Below, piece after piece: positions 20,929 to 30,329 of a stretch of 64,000 nucleotides of DNA. Every line of letters begins with the position of its first letter. The stretch's first letter is position 1. A program made the position numbers and the translations under genes. The notes beneath the pieces were generated by a model. The model had not been told where the DNA came from, made no database searches, and saw nothing but the letters and a program-made list of their open reading frames with translations. Origin of the DNA: a virus; IMG/VR virus record IMGVR_UViG_3300011113_000396, positions 32,001 to 96,000 of that record. One strand, given 5' to 3'.

Positions 20929-22332
20929 ATGTTCGAAGATTCAACACCGTATGATATTTTAACTGAAAAGTGGAACCCCGTCCTAAATCACGACGCAGTT
21001 CCCGCTATTGAAGATGTATACAAGAAGAAAGTAACCGCAGTCCTTCTTGAGAACCAAGAAGCTGCTATGCGTCAGCAGTATCTAACCGAAACTTCAGCCA
21101 ATGCTATTGGTGGTGGTTTCGCTCTTAACACCAATGCCAATCCCAACACCAATCTAGCTGGTTATGACCCAATCCTAATCAGCCTCGTTCGCCGCGCCAT
21201 GCCAAACCTCATGGCCTACGACATCGCTGGTGTTCAGCCCATGACCGCTCCTACTGGACTCATTTTTGCAATGAGATCTAAGTATGACGGTCAGGGCGGA
21301 AATGAAGCTCTATTCGCTGAACCATTTGCTAAGTTCAGCGGTTCAGGTGCAACCTCAGCTGGTGCTGCAACTGATACAGATCCAACTGCTGGTGTAGCTC
21401 CAGTAAGTTTCTCTGGACTAACTGTTACTAAGGCTTCAATTTTTGGACATGAGTTCCAAGCATTAAACACAGCTAGAGCTGAAGGTTTAGGAGAATCTGC
21501 TTCTAATGTATTTAAAGAAATGGCATTTGCTATCGACCGTATTGCCGTAACTGCTAAGACTCGCGCTCTAAAGGCAGAGTATACCACTGAGCTTGCTCAG
21601 GACCTTAAGGCTGTTCACGGACTTGACGCTGAAACCGAACTCGCCAACATCCTAAGCACTGAAATTCTTGCTGAAATGAACCGCGAGCTTATCCGCAACA
21701 TTTATCACGTTGCCAAGCTTGGTTGCCAGCAGTCAGATCTTTTCTACAAGTCATCATCACCCGGTACTGGTGGTGCATATGACCTAGCTCTCGACTCAGA
21801 CGGTCGTTGGAGCGCAGAACGCTTCCGTGGCCTCATGTTCCAGATTGAACGTGAAGCTAACCTAATTGCTAAGGACACTCGTCGCGGTAAGGGTAACTTC
21901 ATCGTCTGCTCATCAGACGTTGCTTCAGCCCTCACCATGGGTGGCTTCCTCCAGTTGACCCCAGCTCCTGCTACCCAGCTTGAAGTTGATGATACTGGAA
22001 ACACCTTCGCTGGTATTCTAGCTGGTAAGATGCGCGTTTACATTGACCCCTACAGCAGCGCAACCCAGAACTTTGTCTGCGTTGGCTATAGAGGTGCAAG
22101 CCCCTACGACGCTGGTCTCTTCTACTGCCCATACGTTCCACTCCAGATGGTTCGTGCAGTCGATCCTGACACCTTCCAGCCCAAGATTGGCTTCAAGACC
22201 CGCTACGGCATGGTCCAGAACCCATTCGTCCGCGTTTCTGGTTCACCAGACGGCGCAAACATGTCCGAAGGTAAGAATCAGTACTATAGACTCTTCGCAG
22301 TCACCAACCTCCACGGTAACACTGGTAACTGA
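20929..22332 (+). CDS. gp23: Major capsid protein (T4 gp23-like)
   Basis: LLENQE, DPILISLVRR.MP, GVQPMT.PTGLIFAMR, ELAQDLKAVHGLDAE and YCPYVPLQM..FQPKIGFKTRYG; strong C-ending codon bias. Confidence 0.98.
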   Translation: MFEDSTPYDILTEKWNPVLNHDAVPAIEDVYKKKVTAVLLENQEAAMRQQYLTETSANAIGGGFALNTNANPNTNLAGYDPILISLVRRAMPNLMAYDIAGVQPMTAPTGLIFAMRSKYDGQGGNEALFAEPFAKFSGSGATSAGAATDTDPTAGVAPVSFSGLTVTKASIFGHEFQALNTARAEGLGESASNVFKEMAFAIDRIAVTAKTRALKAEYTTELAQDLKAVHGLDAETELANILSTEILAEMNRELIRNIYHVAKLGCQQSDLFYKSSSPGTGGAYDLALDSDGRWSAERFRGLMFQIEREANLIAKDTRRGKGNFIVCSSDVASALTMGGFLQLTPAPATQLEVDDTGNTFAGILAGKMRVYIDPYSSATQNFVCVGYRGASPYDAGLFYCPYVPLQMVRAVDPDTFQPKIGFKTRYGMVQNPFVRVSGSPDGANMSEGKNQYYRLFAVTNLHGNTGN

Positions 22333-22356
22333 TAAGTTTCTATAAAAGGAAATGAG

Positions 22357-22385
22357 AAGGGAGAGGAGAAATCCTCTCCCTTTTT
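22357..22385 (+). terminator. Rho-independent terminator after gp23
   Basis: AAGGGAGAGGA-GAAA-TCCTCTCCCTT stem-loop running into a T tract. Confidence 0.85.
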
Positions 22386-22400
22386 CATTATACATACATT

Positions 22401-22922
22401 ATGGCGCAAGCTGATTATCCAGTTAATATTAGTCAACTTAATAGAAATTTTTATACCTTTAAGTTGTCTAGAATACCTACTACAACCTTCTTTTTACAGA
22501 AGGTTACTTTGCCGGGTATTCTATCCCCAAATTTTGATCAGCCAACCACATTAGGTGTTCCAGTAAAAAGACCACTTGGAACCTATAATTTCGCAAATCT
22601 TGATATTGAATTTATTGTAGATGAAAATATGACTAACTGGTTGGAGATTTATAGATGGATGAGAAATATAGGTAATCTTGATTCGGATTGCACTTATAAT
22701 ATTCCCGAAAATAAATTTACATCAACTGGAACTCTTATCATTCAGAAGAGTTCATATACAGCAAATATTACTACCACCTTCTTTGATATATTTCCTATAT
22801 CATTGGGGGGAATTGGCTTTGATACTACACTTCCAGCATCCGAGCCAGCAAGAGTAAGTGCATCATTTGCCTATACATACTATAGCTTTAGTCCAGATCC
22901 GGGAAATACTACTTTAGATTGA
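22401..22922 (+). CDS. gp3: Tail tube terminator (T4 gp3-like)
   Basis: FFLQ.V.LPG, FIVDENM.NW.EIY.WM, FPISL and F.YTYY motifs; position after gp23. Confidence 0.82.
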   Translation: MAQADYPVNISQLNRNFYTFKLSRIPTTTFFLQKVTLPGILSPNFDQPTTLGVPVKRPLGTYNFANLDIEFIVDENMTNWLEIYRWMRNIGNLDSDCTYNIPENKFTSTGTLIIQKSSYTANITTTFFDIFPISLGGIGFDTTLPASEPARVSASFAYTYYSFSPDPGNTTLD

Positions 22923-22945
22923 TTTTATTTATATTTGTGTATACT
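22919..22945 (+). promoter_or_regulatory. Sigma70-like promoter TTGATT-15-TATACT
   Basis: -10 ends 6 nt before the uvsY ATG; spacer short. Confidence 0.45.
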
Positions 22946-22951
22946 TAAATT

Positions 22952-23386
22952 ATGAATTTTGATGAACTAAAAGAACAGGTCGAAAAAGATCTTAAGATCG
23001 ATATCACAGAACTTGCTCAAGAATCTGTAATAACACCGCAGATTCACAACAAGTATTTGTTATTTTTCAAAAAATACAAAGAAGAACTTTCTGCCGATGA
23101 ACGAACCATGAAAGTATTAAGAAAATACAAATGGCTTTATTACATGGGAAAGTTGAGCAGAGAAGAATTACAGAATCTCAAATGGGAACCATTTGAATTA
23201 AATATTCTCAAGACAGACGTAGATAAGTTCATCGAAGCTGACGATGACATTATCAATCTTGAAGGAAAAATTGCAGAAAAGAAAGAAATGGTCAATTATC
23301 TTGATGGTGTCATTAAGATTGTAAATGGTCGCCAATGGAATATTAGATCCGCTATTGATTGGATTAAATTCACAAATGGACAATGA
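22952..23386 (+). CDS. uvsY: Recombination mediator UvsY
   Basis: DLKID..EL..ES, H.KYL, WLYY.GK and R.WNI..AI.W.KF motifs; upstream of uvsW. Confidence 0.88.
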   Translation: MNFDELKEQVEKDLKIDITELAQESVITPQIHNKYLLFFKKYKEELSADERTMKVLRKYKWLYYMGKLSREELQNLKWEPFELNILKTDVDKFIEADDDIINLEGKIAEKKEMVNYLDGVIKIVNGRQWNIRSAIDWIKFTNGQ

Positions 23387-24869
23387 AATTAAAATAGAAG
23401 CTGTTGATGATGCATTCATCAAGATACGATGTCCAAAGGATATCGCTAAAGAGCTTAATACCTATTTTACATTCACAGTTCCTAATCACAAATACAATCC
23501 ATCATTTAAAAAGAGATTATGGGATGGTAAGATTCGTCTTTATAACCTTGCTAGTCAGCGAATTTACAAGGGAATGCTTCCATATGTTAAAAAGTTCTTC
23601 GATGATCGGCATTATCCTTATAAAAATGAAATCATTGAAGACACTACTTACATTGAAGAAGATCACATCCGCAAATTCATAACCGATTATCTTAAGGTAT
23701 CAAGTGGCGGAAAAATTATAACTCCCCACGATTATCAAATTAATGCAGTAACTCATGGAATTAGAAACAAGAGAGCATTACTTCTTTCTCCAACTGGTTC
23801 CGGCAAATCATTAATAATTTATTCATTAATTCGATACTTTATTGATAATATGCCAAAGGATAAAAGTATCTTAATTGTTGTGCCTACCACAAGTCTGGTT
23901 GCTCAATTATATAATGACTTTGCAGACTACTCTAAATTAAATGGCTGGGATGTTAAGGCAAATGTTAAAAAGATATATGCTGGGGAGTCTAAAGTTATTG
24001 ACAAAAAAGTAATTATCTCTACATGGCAAAGTATCTTCAGAGAGAATGAAAAATTTTTTGATAACTTTCATGCTGTCATAGGCGACGAATGTCATTTATT
24101 CAAAGCAAAATCTCTTTCCATGATTATGGAAAAGATGAAAAACTGCCCAGTTCGTTTTGGTCTTTCGGGAACACTTGATAACACTAAAGTTCATAAATTT
24201 ATAATCGAAGGGCTATTTGGACCTCTTTATAGAGTTACTACTACTAAGTCTCTAATTGAGAAGGATGTATTAAGTAATATTAATATCAATTGCTTAATCT
24301 TTAAGTATCCTCTTGAAGAATGTAATAAGGTAAAAAGAGTAGATTACAGAGATGAATTAGATTTTATATTTTCAAGTGAAAAAAGATACAACATGATACA
24401 TCAGCTATGTAAATCCTTAAAGGGAAATACATTGGTACTTTTCAGTCATGTAGAAACGCATGGAAAAAAATTGTACGATATGATGAAGGATTTTGATAAG
24501 AGTGTTTTCTATATTTCAGGAGAAGTTCCTCTTGATGAGAGAGAATTTATACGACAAAAGATTGATACTCTTGAAGATAGCATTCTAATAGCATCATATG
24601 GTACATGTTCTACTGGCATTAATATTAAGAACATTCATAACATTGTTTTCTCGTCCCCATCGAAATCTGTTGTTCGTGTTCTTCAGTCTATTGGCCGAGG
24701 ATTGAGAAAAGCTGATAATAAAACACATATGACTTTATATGATTTGGTAGATGATTTGAGATATAAGAAATATACAAATCATACATTCAACCATTTCATT
24801 GAACGATTGAAGATTTATGAAAATGAAAAATTTCCTTTCAAGCTCATAAATCTCAATCAAGATTCATAA
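23376..24869 (+). CDS. uvsW: SF2 helicase UvsW
   Basis: WDGKIRL, SPTGSGKS, DECH, STGINI and QSIGRGLR; start set at ATG 23376 (MDNEIK). Confidence 0.95.
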   Translation: MDNEIKIEAVDDAFIKIRCPKDIAKELNTYFTFTVPNHKYNPSFKKRLWDGKIRLYNLASQRIYKGMLPYVKKFFDDRHYPYKNEIIEDTTYIEEDHIRKFITDYLKVSSGGKIITPHDYQINAVTHGIRNKRALLLSPTGSGKSLIIYSLIRYFIDNMPKDKSILIVVPTTSLVAQLYNDFADYSKLNGWDVKANVKKIYAGESKVIDKKVIISTWQSIFRENEKFFDNFHAVIGDECHLFKAKSLSMIMEKMKNCPVRFGLSGTLDNTKVHKFIIEGLFGPLYRVTTTKSLIEKDVLSNININCLIFKYPLEECNKVKRVDYRDELDFIFSSEKRYNMIHQLCKSLKGNTLVLFSHVETHGKKLYDMMKDFDKSVFYISGEVPLDEREFIRQKIDTLEDSILIASYGTCSTGINIKNIHNIVFSSPSKSVVRVLQSIGRGLRKADNKTHMTLYDLVDDLRYKKYTNHTFNHFIERLKIYENEKFPFKLINLNQDS

Positions 24870-24887
24870 ATACTAATGGAGGTCATT

Positions 24888-25604
24888 ATGGATTTAGACT
24901 ACAAGATCTTTAAGTTGAAAAGTGGTGAAGAAATAATTGGCTTGATCGATAGTCAGGATGATATGACCATAAAAATCAGTAGACCAATGGTGGTAAAGTC
25001 AGTTTTGATGGTTGATAAATCTGGCTATCCAAAAGAAGTTATGATTATGCGTAATTGGCTTGAATTAACAAATGAATTAGATGTTAAATTGCCAAAAGAT
25101 CACATTGCAACTACTTTAAATCCTGCAAAGGAAACTGTTTTTCTATACGAAAAGCAAAAAATACGCGAGGATCAAGAATATCTCTACAAGCAAATGATGG
25201 AAGATATTACTCCTCAACTTCCAAGTGATTTAGGATTTTCTGGAATGAATCCACAGATGATGAATATGATTCAAAAGAAAATGGAAGAAGAGCTTTTTGG
25301 CAAACAGCAAAAAAACGAAGAAGGAGATACTGCAACTCCAGAACAACCAGAAAAAAAACCAAATATGGTTGGAATGTTCTTGTTCTTTCCTCCCGATATT
25401 ATTGCAGATCTGATTGACACTGGAGTTTTAGATCCTGAGATGTTTGCTGAACTCGCTGAAGATGATGCTTTAATTCCTGAAATGGAAAGACTTTCAGAGA
25501 AAGAACTCAAAGAAATTGATTTGAGTGATTGGCCTGATGATCCAAGTAAGCTCATTCAGGATAGCTCTGAAGATAACTCTGAAGAAGACTCAGAGGATAC
25601 TTAA
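24888..25604 (+). CDS. Conserved-position hypothetical protein (Sm-like N-terminus, acidic tail)
   Basis: KLKSGEEII N-terminus typical of the gene between uvsW and gp55; GGAGG RBS before ATG 24888. Confidence 0.65.
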   Translation: MDLDYKIFKLKSGEEIIGLIDSQDDMTIKISRPMVVKSVLMVDKSGYPKEVMIMRNWLELTNELDVKLPKDHIATTLNPAKETVFLYEKQKIREDQEYLYKQMMEDITPQLPSDLGFSGMNPQMMNMIQKKMEEELFGKQQKNEEGDTATPEQPEKKPNMVGMFLFFPPDIIADLIDTGVLDPEMFAELAEDDALIPEMERLSEKELKEIDLSDWPDDPSKLIQDSSEDNSEEDSEDT

Positions 25605-25659
25605 AGTACTCTATAGTATCTAATAAGTATAATTTCCCTTGTCCATCGCGTACACGCTC

Positions 25660-25687
25660 ATTGTAGCAAGGAAAACAATTCTGTCAA
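25660..25687 (-). promoter_or_regulatory. Leftward near-consensus sigma70 promoter TTGACA-16-TACAAT (extended -10 TG)
   Basis: Reverse complement reads TTGACA gaattgttttccttgc TACAAT; no gene downstream. Confidence 0.6.
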
Positions 25688-25695
25688 TACCCCCC

Positions 25696-25723
25696 TTGCT
25701 CTTATGTTATTTGGACGTATAAT
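25696..25723 (+). promoter_or_regulatory. Sigma70-like promoter TTGCTC-16-TATAAT
   Basis: -10 ends 6 nt before the gp55 ATG. Confidence 0.6.
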
Positions 25724-25729
25724 GTAATT

Positions 25730-26386
25730 ATGAAGAAAACTAAACAAAAGAAGAAAAAAATCGAATTAGAAGAAGATGAAGATGATTTAGGGTTTGATGA
25801 TTTTGCTATTGAAATAGAACCAGAAGTCATAAAGCCTGCCACAAAAGGACATTACATCGATAACTCAAAGTTTAATGATGAAATGACAAAGTGGATCAAG
25901 AAAGTCAGAACGGCTGAAAAAAATGGTAAGGATAGACCTCCTGTAACTGACTATATTGCAGAATGTTTTTTAAAAATTGCGGAACATCTGTCCTACAGAC
26001 CAAATTTTATGAACTACCCCTATAGAGAAGAGATGGTGGGTGATGGAATTGAAAATTGTTTGATGTACGCACATAATTTCAACCCAGATAAGTCATCAAA
26101 CCCCTTTTCTTATTTTACCCAGATTATATACTATGCATTCCTTAGACGAATAGAGAAGGAAAAGAAGCAATCGTATGTAAAGTTTAAGATAATGGAAGAA
26201 AATGCCGATGATAAATTCTATAAGTGGTTTAAGGAAAACTACTTTGAGAAGGACGGTAAGCCAGAACTAGCTGATGTTTTTAATCTCACAGAACGAGATG
26301 TAGAAAGATTTGAAGAAAAAGCTGGTGGCGGAACCAAGAAAAAGACCAGAAAAAAGAAAAAGGTTATTAAAAGAGGTTTAATGTGA
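25730..26386 (+). CDS. gp55: Late transcription sigma factor (T4 gp55-like)
   Basis: HYIDN..F, IA.HLS..PNF.NY.YRE.M..DGIENC and NPF.YFTQI.YYAFLRRI.KEKKQ motifs. Confidence 0.96.
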   Translation: MKKTKQKKKKIELEEDEDDLGFDDFAIEIEPEVIKPATKGHYIDNSKFNDEMTKWIKKVRTAEKNGKDRPPVTDYIAECFLKIAEHLSYRPNFMNYPYREEMVGDGIENCLMYAHNFNPDKSSNPFSYFTQIIYYAFLRRIEKEKKQSYVKFKIMEENADDKFYKWFKENYFEKDGKPELADVFNLTERDVERFEEKAGGGTKKKTRKKKKVIKRGLM

Positions 26387-27432
26387 AAATAGCAGTCATT
26401 AATGACACCCACTTCGGAATCAGAAATGATTCCGAATTGTTTTTAAATTACTTCATAGATTTTTTTAAAGAACAATTCTTTCCATATCTCAAAGATAATA
26501 ATATCGATACGGTAATTCATCTTGGAGATTTCTTCGATAGAAGAAAATATATCAATTTTAACACATTAAACCGAGTTACTAATGAAATCCTTGTTCCCCT
26601 GAAAGAGATGGGAATTCAAGTACATTGTCTAGTCGGTAATCACGACACTTATTATAAAAATACTAATAGAGTAAATTCTGTATGTCAGCTACTTCCAGCG
26701 TTTGATAATATCAAAACTTATGGTGAATTCGATATTATCAATATCGATGGAACCGAAATCGCTATGGTTCCTTGGATCAACGATTCAAATGAAAAAGATA
26801 TAGTCAAGCAACTCAAGAAGTGCAAAGCAACGATTGCATGTGGCCACTTTGAACTAACAGGATATGAAGTTCTTCGTGGTGTAAAGTTTGATGGTGGAAT
26901 GTCAGATGAAGTTCTTGCCAAGTTTGAAATTGTTCTTTCTGGCCATTTTCATCTGAAATCATCCCATAAAAATATTTACTACTTGGGTACTCAATACCAA
27001 ATGCTTTTCTCCGATATTAATGAAGCAAAGGGCTTCCATGTCTTTGATCTAAAGTCTAGAGAATTGGAATATATCCAGAACAGAAATTGCATTTTTCATA
27101 GAATTTTTTACGATGACAGTGCAACACCCAAGATCGATAAGATGGATTTCTCTCAGTACGAGAATAAGCTCGTAAAGATTATAGTCCAAAGAAAAACTAA
27201 TCCTGCTACTTATGAAAAGTTTATTGATGGCATCAATTCTGCAAATGCTCATGAGATTTCTATAGTTGATGAGACATTTGTACCAGATGATTCAAACGAT
27301 GTTGCTGATTTGAGTGTTGATACACTTTCATTCATCGAAAAAGAAATCGATCAATTGATTGATGTCAAAAATAAAGACGAACTCAAGAAAATGGTTCATG
27401 ATATTTACTTTGAAAGTCTAGATAATGATTAA
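26383..27432 (+). CDS. gp47: Recombination endonuclease (gp47, Mre11/SbcD-like)
   Basis: DTHFG.R, HLGD.FDRR, GNHD.YYKNT and SGHFH motifs. Confidence 0.95.
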   Translation: MKIAVINDTHFGIRNDSELFLNYFIDFFKEQFFPYLKDNNIDTVIHLGDFFDRRKYINFNTLNRVTNEILVPLKEMGIQVHCLVGNHDTYYKNTNRVNSVCQLLPAFDNIKTYGEFDIINIDGTEIAMVPWINDSNEKDIVKQLKKCKATIACGHFELTGYEVLRGVKFDGGMSDEVLAKFEIVLSGHFHLKSSHKNIYYLGTQYQMLFSDINEAKGFHVFDLKSRELEYIQNRNCIFHRIFYDDSATPKIDKMDFSQYENKLVKIIVQRKTNPATYEKFIDGINSANAHEISIVDETFVPDDSNDVADLSVDTLSFIEKEIDQLIDVKNKDELKKMVHDIYFESLDND

Positions 27433-29134
27433 GTTTACCCAACTAAGATTCAAGAATTTTGGTTCATTCGGCAATAATTTTACTGAAATCGATTTTGGTA
27501 AAAAGGGAAATTATCTAGTTTCAGGCAAAAACGGAGATGGAAAGTCCTTTGCCTTTCTAGATGCTATTACTTTTGGTTTGTTTGGTGTTCCTTTTAGAAA
27601 TATCAATATTCCACAACTAGTCAATAGTGTAAATAAGAAAAACTGTGTGGTAGAGGTAGAATTTGATATTGGGTTGACCAAATACATGGTTAGGCGTGGC
27701 CTAGCCCCCAAGATCTTTGAAATTTACAAAGATGGCAAGTTGATAGAACAAGCCGCCAAGACTAAGGAATATCAGGAATATTTGGAAAAGAATATCCTTA
27801 AAATGGGATATAAGTCTTTTACTCAGGTTGTTATTCTTGGAAAGTCTTCTTTTGTCCCGTTTATGCAACTTACTGCGGCTGACAGACGAGAAGTCATTGA
27901 AAATGTTTTGGATATCGGTATTTTTAGCTCTATGAATTTAGTATTAAAGGGCAAGATTTCTCAGCAGAAAGAGTTTATTAAGCAAAAAAAGACCGATTTA
28001 TCCACAATTCAGGGCAAGGTAGATGTTTTGGATCGTAATCGCCAAGAATTGGAGAAGAAAAAGCAGGATATTGAAACTAAGCTACAAAATAGGCTTAACG
28101 AAATTGATGTTAGTATCACCCAATATAGAGATCCAATTGCCTCATTAGAGGCAGAACTAGCCGCCAAGGAGGCTGTTCTAGCCACTTTTGCCGAAACCAA
28201 GTATACGGGTATGCTTGAACTGAGGTCGAGCTTAAAAGCCAACCTAGAGTCATTAAAGGAAGACATTCAGTTTTATCAGGAAAATGAAGTGTGTCCTGCA
28301 TGTAAGCAGGCTATAACGGATAACCACAGGAACGAAATCTGTGCGACTAAGAATACCAAAAAAGACGAAATTGATACAGCCATTCAAAAATTGAATGAGA
28401 TGATCGAAGAACAAAAAAATAATGACAACTCCAAAAAGAATTTGGAAAGAGAAATATCAAATATTAAGAATGATATAAGACAAGCAAACCAAAAAATTGC
28501 CAATCTAGAAGAACAAAAGAAAATTTATGAAAAAGAAGCCAAAATTGATCTGGTGGATACTATCGAAAAAATTACAAACGACATTGCTACTTTTAAGAAG
28601 GAAGCTAAGGCACATCAACGAAGCTTGGATACACTTTACAATGAGAACGAAGATCTAGAAATACTTTCTGGGCTTCTGAAGGATAGTGGTATTAAAACCA
28701 AAATTATTCGCCATTATCTTCCATTGATGAATCAGATTGTGAATAAGTATCTTTCCAACATGAATTTCTTCGTCCATTTTTACTTGGATGACGAATTCAA
28801 GGAAACGATCAAAAGTCGCCACCGAGATGACTTTTCCTACATGAGCTTTAGTGAAGGTGAAAAGCTTAGGATTGACTTAGCATTGCTTTTAGCATGGAGA
28901 GAAGTCGCTAAACAGAAGAATAGTGTCAGTTGTAATCTATTGATTTTGGATGAAGTATTTGATTCTTCGCTAGATTCCGTGGGTACGGATGAATTGATGA
29001 AAATCCTAAATATATTAGGTAAGGAAACTAATGTGATTGTAATCAGTCACAAAACGGATCAGCTTACCGATAAGTTTAAGTACATTTACACGCTGGAGAA
29101 GAAGAATAACTTTAGCAAAATAAGCCTTACATAA
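27425..29134 (+). CDS. gp46: Recombination ATPase (gp46, Rad50/SbcC-like)
   Basis: GKNGDGKS, CPAC zinc hook, FSEGEK.RIDLA, LDEVFDSSLD and ISHK motifs. Confidence 0.96.
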   Translation: MIKFTQLRFKNFGSFGNNFTEIDFGKKGNYLVSGKNGDGKSFAFLDAITFGLFGVPFRNINIPQLVNSVNKKNCVVEVEFDIGLTKYMVRRGLAPKIFEIYKDGKLIEQAAKTKEYQEYLEKNILKMGYKSFTQVVILGKSSFVPFMQLTAADRREVIENVLDIGIFSSMNLVLKGKISQQKEFIKQKKTDLSTIQGKVDVLDRNRQELEKKKQDIETKLQNRLNEIDVSITQYRDPIASLEAELAAKEAVLATFAETKYTGMLELRSSLKANLESLKEDIQFYQENEVCPACKQAITDNHRNEICATKNTKKDEIDTAIQKLNEMIEEQKNNDNSKKNLEREISNIKNDIRQANQKIANLEEQKKIYEKEAKIDLVDTIEKITNDIATFKKEAKAHQRSLDTLYNENEDLEILSGLLKDSGIKTKIIRHYLPLMNQIVNKYLSNMNFFVHFYLDDEFKETIKSRHRDDFSYMSFSEGEKLRIDLALLLAWREVAKQKNSVSCNLLILDEVFDSSLDSVGTDELMKILNILGKETNVIVISHKTDQLTDKFKYIYTLEKKNNFSKISLT

Positions 29135-29437
29135 ATGTACAACTACCGAGGAAAATTTCGAATACTACAGCCAGATGGCAATATGACCGTCTATTCTCAA
29201 TATGATGTTGTCGAGAAGGAAGGCAAGCATTATATGGCTGTGTTTGATACCTATGGTTTCTCCCCCGAACACGGAGAACTTCGCGGTTGGAAAAAAATAA
29301 ACGGAACTGTTCCTGTTACCAGTAGCAGTGCCCCATCCAATCCCGATGTCGGACAGCAATGGCTCGATACTGTTTCTGGAATTCTATTCGAATATGTTGA
29401 CGATGGAAATTCTAAACAGTGGTTAGCCATTAGCTAG
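29135..29437 (+). CDS. Small hypothetical protein with fibre/decoration-like C-terminal motif
   Basis: PSNPDVGQQWLDT resembles [13 protein letters not shown] at the end of the collagen-like ORF. Confidence 0.55.
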   Translation: MYNYRGKFRILQPDGNMTVYSQYDVVEKEGKHYMAVFDTYGFSPEHGELRGWKKINGTVPVTSSSAPSNPDVGQQWLDTVSGILFEYVDDGNSKQWLAIS

Positions 29438-29444
29438 GAGACTT

Positions 29445-29630
29445 ATGGGATACTATTATGAAAAGAAGAAGAATAATAGTTGGAGAAGAAAATTTTACAG
29501 AGAATTGGCAAAGAAACAAAGGCGTTCTACGCGACATTATTTGAATAAACTTGTTCAAGATGTTTGCTCAGGAGCTATTGACTTTGATGAGTTCTTGGAT
29601 ATGATGCGTAGAAGAGGTAATATATTATGA
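29445..29630 (+). CDS. Small basic hypothetical protein
   Basis: AGGAG RBS; ATGA overlap with gp45. Confidence 0.5.
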   Translation: MGYYYEKKKNNSWRRKFYRELAKKQRRSTRHYLNKLVQDVCSGAIDFDEFLDMMRRRGNIL

Positions 29631-30325
29631 AGACTAAAAGTGCCACTAAGCTAAGTAAAGAGACTCTGCAAATTCTGAAGAACTTTGCATCCCTCAATTC
29701 CAATCTCCTTGTCAAGCCCGGTAATCGTCTTGTTACGGTTACTCCCTACAAGAATGTGATGGCCGAAGCCATTATTCAGGAGGAGTTTGATACTGAATTC
29801 GCTATCTGGGATCTGTCCAAGTTCCTTGGCATCGTGTCGATGTTCGAAGATCCTGACTTTATTTTCCACGACAAGTATGTGGAGATTGAAGGTAGCAATC
29901 ATTCTACCGTAAAGTATTTCTACTGTGATCCGAAGCTTATCACTTCTTATCCAACTAAGAATCTTGTCATGCCCCGTATTGTCCTAGAACTTGAGTTCTC
30001 GGAGCGTAAACTGACCGAACTGCAAAAGGCAGCATCGATTCTACAGATTCAGGATCTCAAGATCTTCTGTGACAGCGGTAGTATTATGGGTGAGATGTTC
30101 GATTCTAAGGACAGCACTACAAACACCTATAGCGTAGAGTTCCCATACGACGGCGAACTTGAGACTGATGAGTTTGAGTTCCACTTCAAGATTGAGAATC
30201 TGAAGTTTATTCCGGGAGCCTATAAGGCTCAATTCTCGGAAAATATTGTGTCTAAGTTTGTTTGCAATAATACTCCAATTTCTTATTGGGTTGCAATGGA
30301 ACCGTCTTCCAACTACGGAAAGTAA
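29627..30325 (+). CDS. gp45: Sliding clamp (T4 gp45-like)
   Basis: LS..TL.ILKNFAS.N, FAI.DL..FL, FK.ENLK.IPG.Y and YWVA.E motifs. Confidence 0.92.
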   Translation: MKTKSATKLSKETLQILKNFASLNSNLLVKPGNRLVTVTPYKNVMAEAIIQEEFDTEFAIWDLSKFLGIVSMFEDPDFIFHDKYVEIEGSNHSTVKYFYCDPKLITSYPTKNLVMPRIVLELEFSERKLTELQKAASILQIQDLKIFCDSGSIMGEMFDSKDSTTNTYSVEFPYDGELETDEFEFHFKIENLKFIPGAYKAQFSENIVSKFVCNNTPISYWVAMEPSSNYGK

Positions 30326-30329
30326 GTAA

